The notes under the pieces were generated by a model. The model did not search any database, was not told where the DNA came from, and saw nothing but the letters and a program-made list of their open reading frames with translations. 64,000 bases of DNA from Nannocystis bainbridge (GTDB lineage Bacteria > Myxococcota_A > Polyangia > Nannocystales > Nannocystaceae), in assembly GCF_028368995.1 (NCBI RefSeq), contig NZ_JAQNDL010000001.1, positions 2,496,001 through 2,560,000 on the forward strand. Reading direction: 5' to 3'. Below, in pieces: positions 58,258 to 64,000 of the stretch (position 1 is the first letter of the stretch; each line of letters starts with the position of its first letter). Both the position numbers and the translations under genes were made by a program.

Positions 58258-59817
58258 ATGTCGACCCGGGCGATCGCCGGAGCTGGAGCGCTGGTCCTCG
58301 CCTGCGCCGCCGCGGCCTGCTTCAGCGACGGCGGCCTGCACACCAGCGGCTCCCCGTCGACGACCTCGACCTCGAGCACCTCGACCGCCACCACCGCGGA
58401 CGAGCCCACCTCGAGCACCACGACCACGACTTCCACCGGCGAGCCCCTGCCCATCTGCGGCGACGGCCAGCTCGATCCGGGCGAGCCGTGCGACGACGGT
58501 AACCGCGACGACGGCGACGCCTGCCGCAACGACTGCACCCTCGCCGCTTGCGGCGACGGCGTGGTCCAGCGCGGCGTCGAGCAGTGCGACGACGGGCCCG
58601 ACAACCACCCGGGCGAGCCGGACGCCTGTCGACCCGACTGTCACAAGCCCGCCTGCGGCGACGGGGCGCTGTACGTCGGCCCGCTCGGCCCGCCGGTGAT
58701 CGCCGCCAGCGAAGGTAGCGTCGCCCAGAGCGACGACGCCCCGCGGGCCATCGGCGTCGACGCCGGCGGCACCTTCTCGGTCGCGTGGCGCGTCGAAGGG
58801 CCGATCGATCGCCTCGACGTCCAGACCGTCGGCGCCGACGGCAGCCTCGTCGGCGAGCCGCTCGACCTCGCCGATCCGCCGACCCAGCTCGTCCGCGATC
58901 CGGTGATCGCCGTGGCCCCGGGCGGCGATCTGGCGCTCGCGTGGGAGATCGGCGCCAACGCGGGCGACATCCTCGTGCGCGGCGTCGTCGCCGGCGTCGC
59001 CGAGCCCGGCCTCAACGCGCTCGACGTCACCGGCCCGGCGCAGGTGTCGCCGGCGATCGCCCTCGACGACGTCGGCCGGCTGACCCTCGCCTACGTCGAC
59101 GAATTCGAGTCCGACCTCGCCCACATCTTCGTGCGCCGGCTCGCCAACTTCGATCCCACCGCCCCGCCCGAGCTTCCGATCAGCGAGCACGCGCTCGGCG
59201 TCCCCGGGGCGCCCAGCGTCGCCGCCTGGCCCGACGGCGGCTTCGTGGTCGCCTGGGGCGATCCCGGCGGCGCCATCGTCTACCGCCGCTTCGCCGTCGA
59301 CGGCACCTCTGGCCCCGTCGTCGCCAGCGACCTCCGGACCGGCGGGATCGCCCTCGCGGGCAGCGCCAGCCCGTGGAGCGGCCTCGCGGTGACACCCGAT
59401 CTGCAGATCGTGATCGGCGGTGTCGGCGTCGACGCTCGCGTCTCCTTGCAGACCTTCGACCTCGCCGACGTCCCCGGCGCGATCGTCCCGGTCGCCGACA
59501 CGCCGCGGATGCACGCCCCGTTCATCGACCTCGGCAGCGACGCGTCGGGCAACCTCGCCGTCGCCTGGGCCGAGTGCGGCGACGCCGAAGCGCCTGCCGC
59601 GGAGGACTGCAGCGGCCTCGCCTCCGATCTGCGGCTGCGATGGTTCCGCGCCGACCTCACCCCGCACACCGCGGTGACCGCCGTGCACACCGCTGAGACC
59701 GGCGGCCCGCCCGCGATCGGCCTCGCGGTCGCGCCCTCGGGGATCACCGGCGTCACCTACCTCGACGGCGGCGCCGTCGTCGTCCGCGTCGCCGGCTTGC
59801 AATGTCCGGCCCCGTGA
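58258..59817 (+). CDS. Lipoprotein with Myxococcus cysteine-rich repeats (paralog B of 56353-58044)
   Basis: AAAC-FSDG; [23 protein letters not shown]; shares [32 protein letters not shown] and QCP* blocks. Confidence 0.85.
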   Translation: MSTRAIAGAGALVLACAAAACFSDGGLHTSGSPSTTSTSSTSTATTADEPTSSTTTTTSTGEPLPICGDGQLDPGEPCDDGNRDDGDACRNDCTLAACGDGVVQRGVEQCDDGPDNHPGEPDACRPDCHKPACGDGALYVGPLGPPVIAASEGSVAQSDDAPRAIGVDAGGTFSVAWRVEGPIDRLDVQTVGADGSLVGEPLDLADPPTQLVRDPVIAVAPGGDLALAWEIGANAGDILVRGVVAGVAEPGLNALDVTGPAQVSPAIALDDVGRLTLAYVDEFESDLAHIFVRRLANFDPTAPPELPISEHALGVPGAPSVAAWPDGGFVVAWGDPGGAIVYRRFAVDGTSGPVVASDLRTGGIALAGSASPWSGLAVTPDLQIVIGGVGVDARVSLQTFDLADVPGAIVPVADTPRMHAPFIDLGSDASGNLAVAWAECGDAEAPAAEDCSGLASDLRLRWFRADLTPHTAVTAVHTAETGGPPAIGLAVAPSGITGVTYLDGGAVVVRVAGLQCPAP

Positions 59818-59842
59818 TACCGTCCCGCCTCCACGCCGATCG

Positions 59843-60859
59843 ATGCACGCGGGCCGTCATTATCCCCTCAAACACGTCCTCCTGTGGACCCGGCGCGAGA
59901 CCTTCGCCTTCGCCGTCATCGCCACCGTACCGACCATCTTCTACAGCGCCGGCTGGCACTGGCTCACCATCCCCTGGCTGCCGATCGCCCTCATCGGCAC
60001 CGCCGTCGCCTTCATCACCGGCTTCAAGAACAACGCCTCTTACGGGCGGCTGTGGGAGGCCCGGCAGATCTGGGGCGGCATCGTCAACACCAGCCGCTCG
60101 TTCACCATCATGGCCTGCGACTACCTGCTCCAAGAGCCAGGTGATGCAGATCCCTCCCTCGACCTCCGGGCCGTGCGCGACGGCCTCGTCGCCCGCCACA
60201 TCGCCTGGCTGACCGCCCTGCGGTTTCAGCTGCGCGAGCCGCGGGCATGGGAGAACATCGGCCTGATCCACAACGCCGAGTACCGTCGGCACTACCAGAT
60301 CCCCGAGCGCGACAGCGACTACCTCGGCATCGAGCTCGGCAAGCTGCTGACCCCGACCGACTGCGCCGCGATCCTCGGGACCAAGAACCCGGCCGCGCAG
60401 CTGCTGGCGCAGCAGTCGCACGCGCTCCGGGCCCTGCGCGAGCGCGGCCTCCTGTCCGACTACCGCCACGTCGCCCTCACCGAGGCGCTGGTCGAGCTCT
60501 ACGAGCACCAGGGCAAGTGCGAGCGGATCAAGAACTTCCCATACCCGCGCCAGTTCGCCACCCTGAACCTGCTGTTCGTGTGGCTGTTCATCATCCTGGT
60601 CCCGCTCGGCCTGCTGCAGGAGTTCCAGAAGCTCGGCGACGAATTCGTGTGGCTGACGATCCCGGCCGGCGTCGTCGTCGCGTGGGTGTTCCACACCATG
60701 GACAAGATCGGCGAGAGCTCGGAGAACCCGTTCGAGGGCGGCCCCAACGATGTCCCGATCACCGCCATCGCCCGCGCCATCGAGGTCGACCTGCGCGAGA
60801 TGCTGGGTCAGAAGGACATCCCGCCGCTGCTGCAGCCCCGCGGTGAGATCTTGATGTAA
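59843..60859 (+). CDS. Bestrophin-family (YneE/VCCN-like) ion channel
   Basis: GFKNNASYGRLWEARQIWG.IVN.SR, GKCERIKNFPYP and ENPFEG.PNDVP motifs. Confidence 0.92.
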   Translation: MHAGRHYPLKHVLLWTRRETFAFAVIATVPTIFYSAGWHWLTIPWLPIALIGTAVAFITGFKNNASYGRLWEARQIWGGIVNTSRSFTIMACDYLLQEPGDADPSLDLRAVRDGLVARHIAWLTALRFQLREPRAWENIGLIHNAEYRRHYQIPERDSDYLGIELGKLLTPTDCAAILGTKNPAAQLLAQQSHALRALRERGLLSDYRHVALTEALVELYEHQGKCERIKNFPYPRQFATLNLLFVWLFIILVPLGLLQEFQKLGDEFVWLTIPAGVVVAWVFHTMDKIGESSENPFEGGPNDVPITAIARAIEVDLREMLGQKDIPPLLQPRGEILM

Positions 60860-60897
60860 TTTTTACAATGGTAGGACCTGTCCCGAAGGACCTATCT

Positions 60898-61374
60898 TTA
60901 CACCAGCAGATCTGGGTCGTCGGGGAACAGGCGCGCGGCGATGGCGGCGGCCCGCGACGACTCGCGCGGCAGGTCGAACACCATCACCTCGGCCTCGCTG
61001 ACCGCGATCGACCACACCAGGCGCTCGTCCCCGCAATAGGCGCGGAGCAGCTCCTCGTGGCGGCTGCCGGCCAGGTCGGCCAGGCTGGGCTCGGCGGCCT
61101 TGCTGAGGCGGTCGACCAGATAGGCGCGCACGCTCGACCAGATGCCCTTGTAACCGCGCTCGGCGGCGTCGAGCAGGCGCGCCTCGGTGGTCCCGAGCGC
61201 CAGCGCCAGCCGCTCACGGAAATCGACCGGGGCGTCGGCCGGCGGCGGTGTCACGACCTCGACATCGATCGGCACCTCGAAATCGCTGTCCTGCTGGGCC
61301 AGCCGGCGTAGCAAGATCGGCGCCGAAGGGGTGCGTTCGCGTCGCATGGGGGGTTGGCGGTGCATCGGTTCCAT
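60898..61374 (-). CDS. Hypothetical protein
   Basis: GAGGA upstream of ATG 61374; protein-like C-terminal half; start uncertain. Confidence 0.5.
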   Translation of the reverse strand: MEPMHRQPPMRRERTPSAPILLRRLAQQDSDFEVPIDVEVVTPPPADAPVDFRERLALALGTTEARLLDAAERGYKGIWSSVRAYLVDRLSKAAEPSLADLAGSRHEELLRAYCGDERLVWSIAVSEAEVMVFDLPRESSRAAAIAARLFPDDPDLLV

Positions 61375-61696
61375 CGCTGCTTCCTCTCCGGTCCGCGGAC
61401 GACTGTCCCGCGCGGGCTGCATGTCCATGCAATGATCCATTTCCCGGTGCGAGCAATGAGCAATCAGCGCGTTCGCGCGACCCGGCGCGCCCGCGATCGC
61501 GGCCGCCCGCGGCCGTTCGCCGGCGATCGCCGTTCGCACGCCGCTCCTGCCCGGTGCGAGTCGCGCACGCCGGAGCACCGGTGTGACGCGTCGCGCCTGG
61601 CCCGCCGCACGCGAAGGCCGCGAAGCCCGGGTCACCCCCGTGCATTCGCGGCCAATCGTCGGACCGTATGCGACGTTTCTCTGCGCCCCGCCGCGA

Positions 61697-62749
61697 TCAC
61701 AGCCGGCGACGCGGACGATCCTTGCGCAGCCGCGGCCCGGAGGCGCGACGAGCCAGCTCGTCCATGAAGCCGACATCGTCGAGGTCCGGCACGCGCGTGC
61801 GGATCTGCGACATCAGCTCCTCGACGTCGGGCTTGTCGCTGCCGCGGTGGAGCTCGTCGACCAGGCTGAGCAAGAGCCGCTCGGAGCGGGCGCGGTCGGC
61901 CTCGATCCGGCGCCGCAGCACCGACGAGCGGACCACCAGGGCGATCACGATCGCCAGCGCGAAGCCCAGCACCCAGGCGATGATCTGGCTGATCTGGATG
62001 CCCTTGTGCAGCGTGTGCTCGAGCCGGTTCCACAGCGAATCCTCGAACTGACCGAGATCGCGCCGGACCTGGAGCTCGGACAGCGCGTCGGCGGCGCCGA
62101 GCACGAGCTGCTTGCTCGCCTCACGCGACACGATGCTCACCACCGGCACCAGCTCGTCGCGCAGCGCCGCGCGCAGGGCCGGGGCCAGGTCCGCGCGCAC
62201 CATCTTCGCCATGCCCGGGCCCAGGTCCTGCTCCATCACCTTGCGCAGCGCCGGGCCGAGGTCGTCCGACAGGCCCTTGCCAGCCGACTGCGTCAGCGCC
62301 GTGACCGTCGAGCGCGTCAACGCGTCGACCATCGCGCTCGCCTCCTGGCGCGTCTTCGGCGACAGCGCGGTGTCGATGTTCTCGCGGATCGTCGCCGCCA
62401 GCGCCGGGCTGATCTGCTCGCGCAGGCTGGTGCTCGCGGCCTTGGCCATCGCGTCGAGGTAGCGGCTGCTCGCCTGGCGCAGCGCCGCCTGCCGCTGCTC
62501 GTCGGTGAGCCCGTCCAGCGCCCCACCGACCAGCGTCGCCGTCAGCTCGCGGCTCGCGGCCTGGAGCTGCGGGTCCTTCAGCAGCTTCTGGATCCGCGCC
62601 TGCGAGTCCGGGTCCTCGAGGAACCCCACTGTCTCGTCCAGCGTCGCCGGTACTGCCGTGCGGACCACTCCTTCGGCGGTGATACAGCCGGGAGCCGCGG
62701 AGACCAGGAGAGCGATCAGAGAGACGCCGCGCAGGTTGATGGGTCGCAT
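61697..62749 (-). CDS. Helical lipoprotein with C-terminal TM segment
   Basis: APGC lipobox-like; DLGPAL/DLGPGM/DLAPAL helical repeats; TM IIAWVLGFALAIVIALVV. Confidence 0.75.
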   Translation of the reverse strand: MRPINLRGVSLIALLVSAAPGCITAEGVVRTAVPATLDETVGFLEDPDSQARIQKLLKDPQLQAASRELTATLVGGALDGLTDEQRQAALRQASSRYLDAMAKAASTSLREQISPALAATIRENIDTALSPKTRQEASAMVDALTRSTVTALTQSAGKGLSDDLGPALRKVMEQDLGPGMAKMVRADLAPALRAALRDELVPVVSIVSREASKQLVLGAADALSELQVRRDLGQFEDSLWNRLEHTLHKGIQISQIIAWVLGFALAIVIALVVRSSVLRRRIEADRARSERLLLSLVDELHRGSDKPDVEELMSQIRTRVPDLDDVGFMDELARRASGPRLRKDRPRRRL

Positions 62750-63030
62750 GCGAGAGCCATGGACAGCTTCGCGTCGCGAGCCAGCGCCCGATGCATCGGA
62801 CCCGCTGCAGGCCCGAGGCCACGCCCGGCGAAACCCCGGAAAGCGGGCCGCGAGCGCCCGATCCGGCCGTCACCAGCGAGCGCGCGTCGTGGCCTCAAGA
62901 TCCCATAAGAAGCCTGCTTGGCGGAAGATGCGCGGCAGTTTTCATCGCGAATCGACCTCGTCGCTTGACACGGTCCGCACCTCGATCACGGTTCCGTTGG
63001 GAGCCGCAAGGCCCCGAATGGAGGTCCACC

Positions 63031-63183
63031 GTGCTTTACTGGTCCATCGTCTTCTTCATCGTCGCCCTCGTCGCCGCCATCTTCGGCTTCGGTGGCCTGG
63101 CCGCCGAGACCGCCTACATCGCCAAGATCCTGGCGTTCATCGGCCTCATCCTCGCCGTCGTCACCTTCGTGATGCGCCGCTGA
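63031..63183 (+). CDS. DUF1328 / UPF0391 (YtjA-like) small membrane protein
   Basis: GGAGG then GTG; MLYWSIVFFIVALVAAIFGFGGLAAETAYIAKILAFIGLIL. Confidence 0.9.
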   Translation: MLYWSIVFFIVALVAAIFGFGGLAAETAYIAKILAFIGLILAVVTFVMRR

Positions 63184-63204
63184 TTCGAGCGCGACTGTTC
63201 AACC

Positions 63205-63364
63205 TGTCCCGCGGGACAGCTCGCCTCGCCGACCCCGCGAGGCTCGAGTTGTCCCGCAGGCCCCCTCGCCGCGGAGCCGTGACTCACGACTCCGCGCTCG
63301 TCATTTCCGGCGCGCCGCCGCGCCGTCGCTACCACCGGTCCCAGAGGACATGTCCCGCAGGACA
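63205..63364. repeat. TGTCC-N4-GGACA copies between convergent genes
   Basis: TGTCCCGCGGGACA at 63205; tandem pair GGTCCCAGAGGACA-TGTCCCGCAGGACA at 63337-63364. Confidence 0.88.
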
Positions 63365-63372
63365 GGCTCGCC

Positions 63373-63831
63373 TCAGGGCCCGACGGGATAGCGGCTGGCG
63401 ACGGCGATCCGGTTCCACAGGTTCATCTGGATCGCCAGCCACTCGACCGCCGCGATCTCCTCCGAAGACAGCACCTCGGCGGCCTCGGCGTAGATCGTCT
63501 CGGGGATCTGGTCGTGGGCGACGAGCGTGACCGCCTCGGTCAGCTCGAGTGCCGCGCGCTCCTTGTCGGTGAAGTACTGGGTCTCGCGCCAGGCCGGCAG
63601 CACGCTGAGGCGGTCGCTGGTCTCGCCGGTGGCCAGCGCGTCGCGGCTGTGCATGCGCACGCAAAAGGCGCAGTGGTTGAGCTGCGACGCCCGCAGGCGC
63701 AGCAGGTGGACGAAGCCGTCGGCCAGGCCGGCGGCCTTGGCCCGCTGGGTCACCTGCGCGTCGAGGGCCACCACCGCCCGGTAGAGCTCCGGCGCGGCCT
63801 TGCCGAGGTTGACACGATCGTCCTGGTTCAT
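63373..63831 (-). CDS. Carboxymuconolactone decarboxylase / AhpD-like protein
   Basis: [19 protein letters not shown] (CxxC), [29 protein letters not shown]. Confidence 0.92.
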   Translation of the reverse strand: MNQDDRVNLGKAAPELYRAVVALDAQVTQRAKAAGLADGFVHLLRLRASQLNHCAFCVRMHSRDALATGETSDRLSVLPAWRETQYFTDKERAALELTEAVTLVAHDQIPETIYAEAAEVLSSEEIAAVEWLAIQMNLWNRIAVASRYPVGP

Positions 63832-64000
63832 CGCTTGTCCTCCTTGGCCTCGAGCTTGGCCCACGAGTCGCGCAGGCCGATGGTGCGGTTGACCACCAGG
63901 CGCTCGTCGTCGCTGTCGCGGTCGACGCAGAAGTAGGCCAGGCGCTCGAACTGGACCCGCGTGCCGGTCGGCGCGGCGGCCATGCTGGGCTCGACCTTGG
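63828..64000 (-). CDS. glnS: Glutamine--tRNA ligase, 3' end (partial)
   Basis: Reverse strand reads [29 protein letters not shown]...[13 protein letters not shown]...*; ATGA overlap with the next gene. Confidence 0.88.
   Translation of the reverse strand, partial: KVEPSMAAAPTGTRVQFERLAYFCVDRDSDDERLVVNRTIGLRDSWAKLEAKEDKR

Overview
Very GC-rich bacterial chromosome segment. It is myxobacterial by inference (MYXO-CTERM-type tails, Myxococcus cysteine-rich repeats, a Ser/Thr kinase-TPR protein, many Ser/Thr-stalked lipoproteins), and Nannocystis-like is a guess. It holds about 55 genes. Housekeeping or stress genes: katE (partial), agmatine deiminase, uridine phosphorylase, deoC, an Lgt-family gene, prfC, a peroxiredoxin, a bestrophin, an AhpD-like gene and the glnS 3' end. 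These are interleaved with many tandemly duplicated surface-lipoprotein genes, an ECF sigma operon and a P450. I found no rRNA, tRNA, CRISPR array or transposase. The most striking unexplained signal is a 14-bp palindrome, TGTCC-N4-GGACA (extended C[A/C]TGTCC-N4-GGACA[T/G]), at about 30 loci found by eye. It occurs singly, as exactly 14-bp-phased head-to-tail arrays at gene ends, and inside coding sequences in different frames, but I saw none in the 8.3-16.3 kb accessory block. Other candidates: a translationally coupled 3-TM protein plus mini-TIR pair (possible antiphage module), a near-identical tandem lipoprotein duplication with clustered divergence, widespread leaderless-type promoters, and several gene remnants. 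All family calls come from motif recognition by eye; no database search was run.
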